Virus record (IMG/VR): IMGVR_UViG_3300031918_000730
Location: 1-64,000 of that record
Length of the DNA stretch: 64,000 bases
DNA from: a virus
Reading direction: 5' to 3' (one strand)
The position numbers and the translations under genes are program-made. Positions 19,903 to 29,176 of the stretch are shown here, piece by piece (the stretch's first letter is position 1; every line of letters begins with the position of its first letter). The notes under the pieces were generated by a model, which had not been told where the DNA came from, did no database searches, and saw only the letters and a program-made list of their open reading frames with translations.

Positions 19903-21762
19903 ATGGCTATCAGAGGACCGAGTTCAGGCGGGTTTAGAAACGACAGGGTCACTGATTTGACCCATAACCCGTTTTATTCAAACTTCGAAGACTTCAGAAG
20001 AGCATCTACAAGTAGAAAGGCAGAGGCTAAGAGGAATCAGATTGGTCAGTCGGAAGACTCCATCAATGATATTCTTGGCACCGCCTCAGTAGTTCTTTAC
20101 AACTTCGGAAACAAAGACCCTCTGGATAGGCGTAAGGACTTAGCTGATAAGCTAACCACCCAATGGTCTGATCAGCTAAGGATCAGGTATTCGAACTACA
20201 CTCGACTGGCTAAGCGCCCCGAGGTTCGATATGTACTTGAAACCATATGTAATGAAGCTATTGTCACTAACGAATCTGAGCAGATAGTATCGCTCAAGAT
20301 AAACGACAACTTCCCCGGAATTGCAATTGGTAATGCCACCAAGGTACAGTTGCAACAAGACTTCAATAACATGCTTCAGACTGTTATGAACTTCGACAAC
20401 TTCGCATGGAAGCTGTTTAAGAAGTTTCTAATTGAAGGTGGAGTATTCTTCGAAGTCGGATACTCCGAGAAGATGAACAAGATCACTGGACTAAGACTCC
20501 TACCTTCATACAATATGATTGTGGTTGTCGAAGATGGTGAAGTAGTTGGTTATCGTCAGATCATCGATAAGACCGCATACGATACTAATCGTCAGAACAT
20601 GACCTATTACACAATGGGTGGAGATTTGACCAAGGATTGGGTTGACTATCACCCTAATGAAATACTATGGTGGGATTACGACGAAAGAGGATTCGGTGGC
20701 ATTAACGATAGGCTCTCATTCCTTGAGAATGCTCGTAAGGTTGCTAATCAGCTAAAGAACATTGAAGATTCAATTGTTCGCTATAGAATCCTAAGAGGAC
20801 ACGAGAAGCGTGCATTCTACATCCCTACCGGAAATATGCCTCCAATTAAGGCCGAAGAACACCTTAGGAGACAGTCGGAAAATCTAAATCGCAGACTCTT
20901 CTACAATAGCGAAGACGGAACCATCGTAGGACTAGAAAAAGTCACTGCAATGATGGAAGACTATTACTTCGCAATGCCAGAAGGTCAGAGTGCCGCAAAG
21001 ATCGACACTATTCCAGCAGGCGCAAATCTAGGCGAAATCACTGACCTCAATTACTTCAAGCAGTTGCTTTATCAGGCACTATTGTTCCCTGCATCTCGCA
21101 GTGTGACTATGGCAGGACAGCAACAGGCACCAGCATCTCCCGGAAAACCCGGAGAGATTACTAGAGACGAAATAGTGCTCACTAGATTCATCGAACGAAT
21201 CCAGCGATCATTCTCGACTCAGGTTGTAATTCCATTGTTCGTGATGTACTTGGAGACAATGAACAAGTATGACGAGAGCCTTAAGGATGAGAAGTTCTTC
21301 ACTTGTAAGTTCACACAGTCTAACCTATTCAAACTATATAAAGAAGCTGAAGTAACCAACACAAGATTCGATATTCTCGACAAGGCGGCTAAGTATATCG
21401 ACGACGGTAGCGAAGGCCCTAATTCGATATTCGCCAAAGAATTCGTATTGAAGAAGTATTTCAATCTTAGTGATGAAGAATTCGCTGAGAATCTTAGACT
21501 TATTCAACTAGAGAGACTCCAGACTGCCAGAAACATTTCTAAGCAGAAGGCCGTTGATAAGGAGAATATGGAACTAGGTAACCCCGGAGATATGACAGGT
21601 GCTTCTGGCGGTGGTCAGTTCGGTGGTATGGGTGGTGAAGTGAATGGTATGGGTGGATCACCAGACGGCGAATTAGGCGCAGGTGAAGATCTACCTACCG
21701 ACGACGAATTGAATAGCGGCGCAGAGGGAGAGGCACCAGCAACACCAGATGAGATAGGATAA
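19903..21762 (+). CDS. gp20: Portal vertex protein (T4 gp20)
   Basis: RPEV...ICNEAIV; SFLENARKVANQLKNIEDSIVRYRILRGHEKRAFYIPTGNMP; MMEDYY; GANLGEITDLNYF; EITRDE. Confidence 0.95.
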   Translation: MAIRGPSSGGFRNDRVTDLTHNPFYSNFEDFRRASTSRKAEAKRNQIGQSEDSINDILGTASVVLYNFGNKDPLDRRKDLADKLTTQWSDQLRIRYSNYTRLAKRPEVRYVLETICNEAIVTNESEQIVSLKINDNFPGIAIGNATKVQLQQDFNNMLQTVMNFDNFAWKLFKKFLIEGGVFFEVGYSEKMNKITGLRLLPSYNMIVVVEDGEVVGYRQIIDKTAYDTNRQNMTYYTMGGDLTKDWVDYHPNEILWWDYDERGFGGINDRLSFLENARKVANQLKNIEDSIVRYRILRGHEKRAFYIPTGNMPPIKAEEHLRRQSENLNRRLFYNSEDGTIVGLEKVTAMMEDYYFAMPEGQSAAKIDTIPAGANLGEITDLNYFKQLLYQALLFPASRSVTMAGQQQAPASPGKPGEITRDEIVLTRFIERIQRSFSTQVVIPLFVMYLETMNKYDESLKDEKFFTCKFTQSNLFKLYKEAEVTNTRFDILDKAAKYIDDGSEGPNSIFAKEFVLKKYFNLSDEEFAENLRLIQLERLQTARNISKQKAVDKENMELGNPGDMTGASGGGQFGGMGGEVNGMGGSPDGELGAGEDLPTDDELNSGAEGEAPATPDEIG

Positions 21763-21789
21763 TTTAATTATGCTTTTCTCTCTAGAAAC

Positions 21790-21795
21790 TAAATA
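21790..21795 (+). promoter_or_regulatory. Late promoter, leaderless spacing
   Basis: 6 nt to ATG 21802. Confidence 0.7.
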
Positions 21796-21801
21796 ATTGA
21801 C

Positions 21802-21966
21802 ATGGATGTTTCAGATCATTCTGCACTGAAGAATAAGCTAGTCGAATCCCTGATAAGTAGGGATTCGGCTGTTTTCAAGAAATACTTACAAGAGTCAATT
21901 TCACATGTTGAAAATATGCTAGTTTCGAAATACTCCAAGGAGATAAAGGAATCATTAAATGCCTAA
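21802..21966 (+). CDS. Small prohead core protein (T4 gp67-like), 54 aa
   Basis: Below ORF-track cutoff. MDVSDHSALKNKLVESLISRDSAVFKKYLQESISHVENMLVSKYSKEIKESLNA; lies between gp20 and gp21; TAAATA 6 nt upstream. Confidence 0.7.
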   Translation: MDVSDHSALKNKLVESLISRDSAVFKKYLQESISHVENMLVSKYSKEIKESLNA

Positions 21967-22708
21967 TTTGATACTCGAAGGATACAACATAAAAGGCAAG
22001 GGATCGATTGCCGATTATCAATCAGAAAACAAATTGAAGCCCGTGTTCGAAAGCATAATGGGTGGAAATGAAAAGCGCCTAAAGCTGGAAGGCACAGCAA
22101 TCCTCTGTGAAGTAGAAGGTATAAATGGCCGAATCTACTCTACCAGACATATGGATAGGCAGGCTAGGAAGTTTACCAAAGACTACATTGAGACATTCAA
22201 CTCCCTTGGAGAATTGAATCACCCTGCAGTGACCTCCGAAGGCGAACACATCCTATTACCAGTAACCGAAATTAACCTTGAGAAGGCTTGCCATCTAATC
22301 GAGAAGCTCTATATGCAGGGCGACGATATGAAGATCAAGTCTAGGGTTATTACTGACTTGCCATGTGGAGCTATTATTGCATCCTTGGTGAAGAATGGTA
22401 TCCCTGTTGGTAATTCCCTCAGAGGTCTAGGTTCGGTATATGAGCGTAACGGACGACTATTCGTTGCAGACGACTATCAATTGATCACTGTCGACATCGT
22501 GGGTAGACCTTCATACGGTAGACCAGCAATGCTACACGCAATCACAGAGTCCATCAACTCCCACGAAATCCCCATACTAAATGAAGCAGTTGATAGGGCT
22601 GTTCGTGAGTTCAAGCGTGAAATGGATTACAATACTAGAACACACAACATCACCCACGAGACTGAGTACTACTCAATCAACAGATTACTAGCGGCACTAA
22701 AGGCTTAA
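21959..22708 (+). CDS. gp21: Prohead core protease (T4 gp21)
   Basis: NGRIY, SLGELNHP, GNSLRGLGS, DIVGRPS motifs. Confidence 0.92.
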   Translation: MPNLILEGYNIKGKGSIADYQSENKLKPVFESIMGGNEKRLKLEGTAILCEVEGINGRIYSTRHMDRQARKFTKDYIETFNSLGELNHPAVTSEGEHILLPVTEINLEKACHLIEKLYMQGDDMKIKSRVITDLPCGAIIASLVKNGIPVGNSLRGLGSVYERNGRLFVADDYQLITVDIVGRPSYGRPAMLHAITESINSHEIPILNEAVDRAVREFKREMDYNTRTHNITHETEYYSINRLLAALKA

Positions 22709-23433
22709 TGATGTCAAAAAACCCCCCAAGTCAAGCAGACTTAGAAGCAGAATACAGGGAGAAATTCGAAACCCTCAAGGAGGACATGAATCGACAGGTT
22801 CAGGCATTCATTGCGGAATCTATTATCAAGAATTCTTTTGAGTCTCCTGAGATGAAGGCCCAAGTCGACGTGTACAAGCCTATCGTCGAATCTGTGGTAA
22901 AGGCTCTCAAGGATAGTGGAATATTGAACGCCAGTAAGGGCGGGACAGAATTGCCAGATGAAGTCGTCGGCGTGATAACCGAGCAGACAGAAGTGATTAA
23001 CAACCAGTCGAAGAAGATTAAGGAGCTAAAAATGCGCATGAAACTATATGAAATGATTACTGAGAATCTCGCGGGACTCGATAAGGAAATCATAAGGGAA
23101 GCTGTAACTAAGTTTCAGGGAGAGGATAGTCTAAGTGAAGATGACCTACTCAAGAAACTAACTAGCTATATCAGCAATAGAAAGCCATCATCTAAGACTG
23201 TCCAGTTTGAGGCAATCAATACTGATATTGACGAAGTCGATGCTATCCTAGAGGGAACTGCAGGAAAAGGTGCATCTGGTAAGTTTAGTCCTAAAAAGAA
23301 AATCAATATGCCCGGAATTAGACCTAGGGTAGTTACTGAATCAGTAGAGGTTAGAATGCCAGATGAAGAGGGTAATGTAGAATTAGACCCCGCTGGCGAA
23401 TTCATGAGAGACTTTGGACATATCGGCACCTAA
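22708..23433 (+). CDS. Prohead scaffolding protein (T4 gp22-like)
   Basis: Coiled-coil, acidic, between gp21 and gp23; IAES/IVES/VTES motifs. Confidence 0.65.
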   Translation: MMSKNPPSQADLEAEYREKFETLKEDMNRQVQAFIAESIIKNSFESPEMKAQVDVYKPIVESVVKALKDSGILNASKGGTELPDEVVGVITEQTEVINNQSKKIKELKMRMKLYEMITENLAGLDKEIIREAVTKFQGEDSLSEDDLLKKLTSYISNRKPSSKTVQFEAINTDIDEVDAILEGTAGKGASGKFSPKKKINMPGIRPRVVTESVEVRMPDEEGNVELDPAGEFMRDFGHIGT

Positions 23434-23457
23434 TACATAACATCACCATTAACAAAG

Positions 23458-23487
23458 AAGGCCATCTCATTCGAGGTGGCCTTTTTA
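23458..23487 (+). terminator. Rho-independent terminator
   Basis: AAGGCCATCTC-ATTC-GAGGTGGCCTT then T-tract. Confidence 0.85.
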
Positions 23488-23536
23488 ATTCTTGTACACT
23501 TTTTAATGACTTTTTTTATTACCACGAAAATCTCAC

Positions 23537-23542
23537 TAAATA
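23537..23542 (+). promoter_or_regulatory. Late promoter of gp23 (leadered, SD AGGAGAGG)
   Basis: ACTAAATA after a terminator. Confidence 0.75.
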
Positions 23543-23595
23543 AAAGCAAGGTATCAGAGAAAGATCCTTAAACTTTTAGGAGAGGTAACTAGAAA

Positions 23596-24927
23596 ATGTC
23601 AAATACACTATACTCTAAGCATGGTTCACTCATGCGCAAGTGGGCACCAGTCATCGAGTCGACTCAGGTCGGTCGTAAGGTTGAAGGCACCCAGCAGGCG
23701 GCAGTATTGTCTGTCTGTCTTGAGAACCAGTACAAGCTGAATAAGGGCTACTTGCCAGAATCTCAGAACGTGACTTCTGATATGGCAACCTTCCAGCAGT
23801 ACGCACTACCAATCGTTCGCCGTATGCTCCCAGAGCTTTTGGCAACCAACGTGACTCAGGTCCAGCCTTTGACTGGCCCTACCGGACTTGCATATGCAAT
23901 GCGTTTTGCATACGACGACGGTAATCCATTGTATGATGGTAACGGTAACTTCATCGGAAACGAAATGGGTTACAACACCATCAAGCCTCAGTTCACTGGC
24001 CGTGGTACTTCTGCCGCTCCTTCTGCTTTCACCACTGGACAGGGCGAATTGCTCTCCAACTACTCTGAAGTAGCTGGCCAGAATACTTTGCAGAACCTCG
24101 GTTCCGCAAATGCACCAGACGGTACTCAGATTGCTCGTGGTAAGTTGGTTGTTGAGTCGAAGGCTGTCAAGGCTGGAACTCGCGCCATCAAGACTGCTTA
24201 CACTCTCGAACTCCAGCAGGATCTCGCCGCTGTTCACGGACAGGACATCGAGACTCTCATGATGGAAGGTTTGCAGTACGAACTTCAGCAGGAACTCGAC
24301 CGCGAGTTGCTCATCAGAATGCGCTCTGCCGCAATCAACACTGCACTGGGTGGAGCCGCTCCATTCACCATCGACGTGACCCCTAACGCAACCTCCGCAG
24401 GTAGCGTGCTTGCAGGTGACGGACGCTGGTCGCAGGAGAAGTTTGCAAACGTCGTGAATGCAATCATCGCCGCCGCTAACTACCTACGTCGCACCACTCG
24501 CCTTGGTCCGGGTAACTTTGCAATCGTCTCTCAGGACGTTGCAACTGCACTCCAGTCCTTGAACACTGGTGTCTTCACTGCTAACACTGCAGACGTTGAC
24601 GGTACTGTAATGGGTATCAAGATTGGAACTCTCCACGGTTCCAAGATCGACATCTACGTCGATACCTTCGCAAGCAACAGCTACGCGCTCGTTGGTTACA
24701 AGGGTCAGAAGCCGGGACACGCTGGTATCATCTATCTTCCTTACATTCCTCTGGTCGTCCAGAAGACTGTCGGTTCCGAAGATGCATCGCCTCGTATCAT
24801 CCTCAAGACTCGTTACGCAATCCTTGACAACTTGTTCGGTTCGGGCTTGTTCTACCGTGAGATTCGTTTCACTGGTCTGAACGGTTACTTCGGTAACGTG
24901 TTCGAGAACATCACCAACTTGTACTAA
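23596..24927 (+). CDS. gp23: Major capsid protein (T4 gp23)
   Basis: KWAPVIE, LENQ, VQPLTGPTGLAYAMR, YTLELQQDLAAVHGQDIE, GRWSQEKF, LVGYKG, AGIIYLPYIPL, KTRY. Confidence 0.97.
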   Translation: MSNTLYSKHGSLMRKWAPVIESTQVGRKVEGTQQAAVLSVCLENQYKLNKGYLPESQNVTSDMATFQQYALPIVRRMLPELLATNVTQVQPLTGPTGLAYAMRFAYDDGNPLYDGNGNFIGNEMGYNTIKPQFTGRGTSAAPSAFTTGQGELLSNYSEVAGQNTLQNLGSANAPDGTQIARGKLVVESKAVKAGTRAIKTAYTLELQQDLAAVHGQDIETLMMEGLQYELQQELDRELLIRMRSAAINTALGGAAPFTIDVTPNATSAGSVLAGDGRWSQEKFANVVNAIIAAANYLRRTTRLGPGNFAIVSQDVATALQSLNTGVFTANTADVDGTVMGIKIGTLHGSKIDIYVDTFASNSYALVGYKGQKPGHAGIIYLPYIPLVVQKTVGSEDASPRIILKTRYAILDNLFGSGLFYREIRFTGLNGYFGNVFENITNLY

Positions 24928-24953
24928 GCAAGATTAGTTGAGTTGAATCTTAA

Positions 24954-24980
24954 GGGGCCAGCAGAAATGCTGGCCTTTTT
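24954..24980 (+). terminator. Rho-independent terminator after gp23
   Basis: GGCCAGCA-GAAA-TGCTGGCC-TTTTT. Confidence 0.9.
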
Positions 24981-24981
24981 C

Positions 24982-25011
24982 GTTTACAAAAGTTGAATCT
25001 CAGAGTATCTT
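24982..25011 (+). promoter_or_regulatory. Early-type promoter with -35 (GTTTACA-17-TATCTT)
   Basis: TTTACA 24983-24988, 17 bp spacer, TATCTT 25006-25011; resembles the T4 early -35 GTTTAC. Confidence 0.5.
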
Positions 25012-25033
25012 AGTAGTACAAAGGGGGTGTGAC

Positions 25034-25375
25034 ATGATCGACATTCATACTGGAATCTGTGCTGAAGACGCAATCATTCTGAAGACTCGCAGACTCAACG
25101 CCGCACTTCTGAACGACGAGCACTTCGAAGCGTTCTACATTGGATACTACGACCGAATCAACGAAGAACTGGATGATCGCAAGTATAATAAGGTCGACTC
25201 GGTAAATACCATCCTCGAATTTTTCTATCACATCGGATACAGGTTTTCCGATAATGAAATCTACCTTTCCGGACTGGTACGAAAAAGCCTTCCGGGGTTG
25301 GAAGGCTTCAAGAAGTCGATCATTACCTATCTTGATCGAATGAATATCGTAGAGTATTACGAACGGGAGAAGTAA
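25034..25375 (+). CDS. Hypothetical protein
   Basis: 113 aa ORF, SD-like GGGGGTG, upstream promoter. Confidence 0.6.
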   Translation: MIDIHTGICAEDAIILKTRRLNAALLNDEHFEAFYIGYYDRINEELDDRKYNKVDSVNTILEFFYHIGYRFSDNEIYLSGLVRKSLPGLEGFKKSIITYLDRMNIVEYYEREK

Positions 25376-26166
25376 GAAAGGGATTCGGCGAAAGCCTCCA
25401 TGAACACTCTCTCAGATTCTAACATATGATTAGTCTGGTGATTCACGAATACGTCACTAGGCTTATCCTTTTCACTAAACTTAGGTACGTTAGAATTCAA
25501 AGCCTGAATTTCTCCGCGACTCTTGTTTAGATTATCCGCAATGGTATCGAGAATTTCGATCAATCCATCGTCGCTACCCAAAAGAACATCCTTGTAACCC
25601 TTTAGAGTTGCCTGATATGGGAACTCTGGATTATAGAACAATTCAATAGCATCCTTCAGGTGAGTTACTTCCTGCTTAAACGCTTCAATAGGCGACGAAG
25701 TACTCTTCTCAGATACGCCAACTATGATTTCCTTGATGAATGTGGCTAATCGATGGCCGGGATTCTTCTTAGCCTTGGCGAGTGCATTCTTCAAAATTCC
25801 ATCGGTTGATGGATTTGATAGGAACTTATACTTGGAATACAAAGACGCAATATGCTGTTTGGCATTTGGGTCATTTTCTGCTTTGTATTTCTCCATCAAG
25901 TCTTGCCTGATCCTAGTGATCTTATCCTCGAAGGTAGATAGTGCGTTGAACCTTACTGGGTCTGCACTATTTTCCTTCTCCATAGCCATGAGGGTCTTGT
26001 CTGCAATTCTACCTAGAGTGTTCGCGACTAATGCGGAAGACTCTAGGAAAGTCCTATTACCTACACATTCAGCTAGGAACTTAGGATAGCCTAGCTTCAT
26101 CTTAGGGGTTGCAGATTCGAATATTGCCTTTGGCATCATCTCATCGAGTGTAAAAGTAGTTCTCAT
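25357..26166 (-). CDS. Hypothetical late protein, probably head-internal
   Basis: TATAAATA plus SD GAGG; IFES/FLES/MLES/FAES motifs. Confidence 0.55.
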   Translation of the reverse strand: MRTTFTLDEMMPKAIFESATPKMKLGYPKFLAECVGNRTFLESSALVANTLGRIADKTLMAMEKENSADPVRFNALSTFEDKITRIRQDLMEKYKAENDPNAKQHIASLYSKYKFLSNPSTDGILKNALAKAKKNPGHRLATFIKEIIVGVSEKSTSSPIEAFKQEVTHLKDAIELFYNPEFPYQATLKGYKDVLLGSDDGLIEILDTIADNLNKSRGEIQALNSNVPKFSEKDKPSDVFVNHQTNHMLESERVFMEAFAESLSYFSRS

Positions 26167-26182
26167 TTATTAACCTCTTCGA

Positions 26183-26190
26183 TATTTATA
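26183..26190 (-). promoter_or_regulatory. Late promoter TATAAATA (leadered)
   Basis: Exact consensus upstream of 26166. Confidence 0.7.
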
Positions 26191-26212
26191 GATAGGTAGT
26201 CTACGAGGCAGT

Positions 26213-26773
26213 TTAGACAGGAATACTGGGGAACGCATTTCCGAAGTAGGTGTTGAGTCCCTTATAGACATTCTTGATCACCAATAGTTCGGACGGCACA
26301 ATTAGATTAGGGAACTCGTCTAGTATGCTGATGTTATCAACATCGCTACTGTCAGTTACAAATACACATGAATACGATTCAGTTGCGAACATATCAACAT
26401 ATACAGTTACGAATTTATTCAATACTGCAATAGCGTCAGCTTCTTCGTCATATGAACCTGTAATCACGTCAATCATGAACTCACGATCCGAATCATCTCC
26501 ATTACAACTGATTGACTGTAAGGCAGTCGCAACATCTGGAGAGACTAATACAGAAACGAACATTCTATTCTTGCAATCACGAACAACCGAAGCCGCAGTT
26601 ACTATCTGAGTGAATATCGTCTTAAATTTCTCCTGCGACCATCTTCCCATAAATGCTTCTCCGGGAGTCACATCGAGGATTTCAGGCTCACCTGCGAATG
26701 AATTTACGATACGTCCTAGTTCGAGAACTGCGGTAGTGTGTAGATCTAGGTTTTTTTCTTTTGTAGTTGTCAT
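26213..26773 (-). CDS. Truncated major-capsid paralog (A-domain-like segments only)
   Basis: Shares DVTP, GRWSQEKF, VSxDVATALQS, YVDxFA, GLNxYFGNxF with gp23 of this window. Confidence 0.85.
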   Translation of the reverse strand: MTTTKEKNLDLHTTAVLELGRIVNSFAGEPEILDVTPGEAFMGRWSQEKFKTIFTQIVTAASVVRDCKNRMFVSVLVSPDVATALQSISCNGDDSDREFMIDVITGSYDEEADAIAVLNKFVTVYVDMFATESYSCVFVTDSSDVDNISILDEFPNLIVPSELLVIKNVYKGLNTYFGNAFPSIPV

Positions 26774-26779
26774 GTATAT

Positions 26780-26800
26780 ATTGTAGCAGTCTACTAAATA
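26780..26800. promoter_or_regulatory. Divergent promoters: minus TGCTACAAT and plus late TAAATA
   Basis: 26788-26780 is 6 nt from ATG 26773; 26795-26800 is 5 nt from ATG 26806. Confidence 0.75.
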
Positions 26801-26805
26801 TTGGA

Positions 26806-27561
26806 ATGTTCATTTCAAGAGATCAGGCTAAGGAATTAATTTTGTTGGAGTTGGGCGCTCCGATGGTGGATATTAATCTGAAGCTACTTCCAGATGCAAT
26901 TAGCCCAATGAATCATCTAGACAAGGCTATCAATGAGACACTCGACCTATTCTTCAGATATAATACTGACGAGTCAGTGTATCAGACTTGGATAGTAATA
27001 CCTGCAGTCCCAAATCAGTCGATATATAAGGTACCTCAGAACATTGAAGGTGTCGTGGAAATGTGGCCTTCTACTGGAGGTATTCTACAATCACCGTTTA
27101 TGATGGTCGACACTAGTTCAATGGAAACACTGATCTCACTGAACGCCAACTTTAACGAGTGGGACATTGTATCATATACTGCATCTAGACTGTTCCTTGC
27201 CGAAGTAAACAAGGCAGTAGGTGAACAATTCTACCCTAAGCTAATCGTTAATGCGCAAGGTGAAAAGGAACTTCATATCTTCCCTCCACCTCGCAACACT
27301 GGATTCCCTAGGGCAATAGTCGGTAGGGCATATCGAAGAGCAGAATTAGGTAGCGTATACGGCCACCCATTCTTCGTGAAGATCGCATCCGGTCTTCTGA
27401 TGCAGATTTGGGGTCGTTCGTTGGGTAAGTTTAGTAGGACTATGCCCGGAGGTGGAACTGTAAATGCATCTGACATCAAGAATGACGGTAAGGAACTATT
27501 CGATACTTGGTTCACAATGCTAAGGAACGAGTCGGCACCTCCCCTAGGGGCGGCGTACTAA
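26806..27561 (+). CDS. gp13: Neck protein (T4 gp13)
   Basis: KELILLELGAPMVDINL; QIWGRSLGKF..MPGGGTVNA; PPLG; start reassigned to the ATG 5 nt after TAAATA. Confidence 0.85.
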   Translation: MFISRDQAKELILLELGAPMVDINLKLLPDAISPMNHLDKAINETLDLFFRYNTDESVYQTWIVIPAVPNQSIYKVPQNIEGVVEMWPSTGGILQSPFMMVDTSSMETLISLNANFNEWDIVSYTASRLFLAEVNKAVGEQFYPKLIVNAQGEKELHIFPPPRNTGFPRAIVGRAYRRAELGSVYGHPFFVKIASGLLMQIWGRSLGKFSRTMPGGGTVNASDIKNDGKELFDTWFTMLRNESAPPLGAAY

Positions 27562-27920
27562 GCGCACTGACTGAATTCTAGAATGTCAATATAGTAGCGT
27601 TCTTCGCCTATTTTCGAAAAGATGGTATACTTGCCATCTTTTTTTATTACCTGCGGGTTCTTATGTTTCTTCAATGTCAGTTCATATGCGAACTTCTCGA
27701 ACTCTTCAGGTGAACTCACCTCAGTTTCGAGTTGTTGCTTCTTAGTCATCCCACCTTCAATCATACTGAAGGCCATTCCGGCCACCATAGTCTGGGTACT
27801 ATACTTGACGACTTTTTTGCGAGATCCGATGTGCTTTGCGGTTTTGAGATCATTCGCCGCAATCATTCTATTTCTTACACTGTCTGCGCTCTTACCTGTA
27901 TATCCAGAAAGTTCTATCAC
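27558..27920 (-). CDS. Hypothetical protein
   Basis: 120 aa ORF abutting the sigma gene. Confidence 0.5.
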   Translation of the reverse strand: MIELSGYTGKSADSVRNRMIAANDLKTAKHIGSRKKVVKYSTQTMVAGMAFSMIEGGMTKKQQLETEVSSPEEFEKFAYELTLKKHKNPQVIKKDGKYTIFSKIGEERYYIDILEFSQCA

Positions 27921-29147
27921 TTAAAACTCCAAATTAGAATGTGATTCCCAGCCAGTGTCGATAGCATATGCGTCGAGTAGAGTCTTATTCTTACCTAGAA
28001 CCTTCTTCAGGTTTGCAATTGCCTTCTTGCGAATCCTGTCATATTCATTTGGTTGAATATTCAACTCAGTGATGATTTCTTCCTTACTCTTAATCTCACT
28101 ACGGGGGTTTATCCCGAAGTGATACTTCAAGTAATACTGTTCGGCGTCATTGTTCACAGATTCAACGTAATTACGGATCAACGATCTCAGGTCTTTGATT
28201 GTGACGTTGTCGGACTCGTCGATGATGTAATTGTCGATGAGGTTATCTTCGAAGGAGGCACCTACCGATTGCTGGTTCTTATGTTCGTGGAACCTAGCGT
28301 CAGTGTCGATCTGATAGTAAGCGAAGGACACATCAAGATTAGAAAGGCTAGATACCTTCTTCTTCATATGAACAATTATCTCTTCTTCCATCGGATCTCT
28401 ATTGAGCCTATGTCGTAGTTCCTTGCGGATTTTCTCGACTTCCTTAGCCTGCTCCCGGACATTGACAGGTATTCTGATTAGTGAATCCTTGTCGGCGATA
28501 GCCCTATTGATAGACGCTTTGATCCATTGAGATGCGTAGGTGCTGAATTTGATACCTAGGCTACAATTGAAGAGTTCGATTGCCCTGCGAAGACCTAGAG
28601 TGCCCTCGGAGAACAAGTCTTTCACTGTCAAATCTACAGTGTTCTTATACGACGACAATATTCGGAGTATGATTTTCACGTTCGACAGGTATATCTTGTC
28701 AATATGGTACTGCATGTCCTTCTGCATGACGTTGAAAATCATGTTCGGGGTTCCATTTGACTCGTATGCGGTCAGGACTTCACGGTAGATGTCGTATGAT
28801 ACATTGAAGTTGTCGGAGTATTCAATGATCTGCTCCCTTGTCATGTCAGCGATAGATGAAACAAACGACAAAGTCATCTTAGAGTTGTAGTCGTAGTCCT
28901 CTGCGCAGACAAAGGTGTCTGTCATGAATGCTTCATGTGCATTGCCAGTGGCAATGAGGTGCGTTACCACTTGCAGGAACTTGGCGAATGCAGTGTCATC
29001 TGCGAGACAGCTACGGAAGATCCTGTTCTTGGTCGCGTTGATATTGGAAAATACGAAAAATTCCTGCTCCTTGAGCAGAATTGGATTTCTAGCGACAGTG
29101 TTTTCCAACGAACTCTTGAGTTCGTTGAACTCTACTAGGAAGGCCAT
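27921..29147 (-). CDS. Phage-encoded sigma70-family (RpoD-like) sigma factor
   Basis: Region 2 DLFSEGTLGLRRAIELF..GIKFSTYASQWIKASINRAI; region 3 LIRIPV..LNRDPMEEEI; region 4 YHFGI...KAIANLK. Confidence 0.9.
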   Translation of the reverse strand: MAFLVEFNELKSSLENTVARNPILLKEQEFFVFSNINATKNRIFRSCLADDTAFAKFLQVVTHLIATGNAHEAFMTDTFVCAEDYDYNSKMTLSFVSSIADMTREQIIEYSDNFNVSYDIYREVLTAYESNGTPNMIFNVMQKDMQYHIDKIYLSNVKIILRILSSYKNTVDLTVKDLFSEGTLGLRRAIELFNCSLGIKFSTYASQWIKASINRAIADKDSLIRIPVNVREQAKEVEKIRKELRHRLNRDPMEEEIIVHMKKKVSSLSNLDVSFAYYQIDTDARFHEHKNQQSVGASFEDNLIDNYIIDESDNVTIKDLRSLIRNYVESVNNDAEQYYLKYHFGINPRSEIKSKEEIITELNIQPNEYDRIRKKAIANLKKVLGKNKTLLDAYAIDTGWESHSNLEF

Positions 29148-29176
29148 TAAAACTCCATTTCGGGCGAACTAGAGAA

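Noticed and set aside
26213-26773. Ordinary gp24 vertex protein
   Set aside because: Too short, lacks P-domain and E-loop segments, and lacks a late promoter; kept as a finding instead
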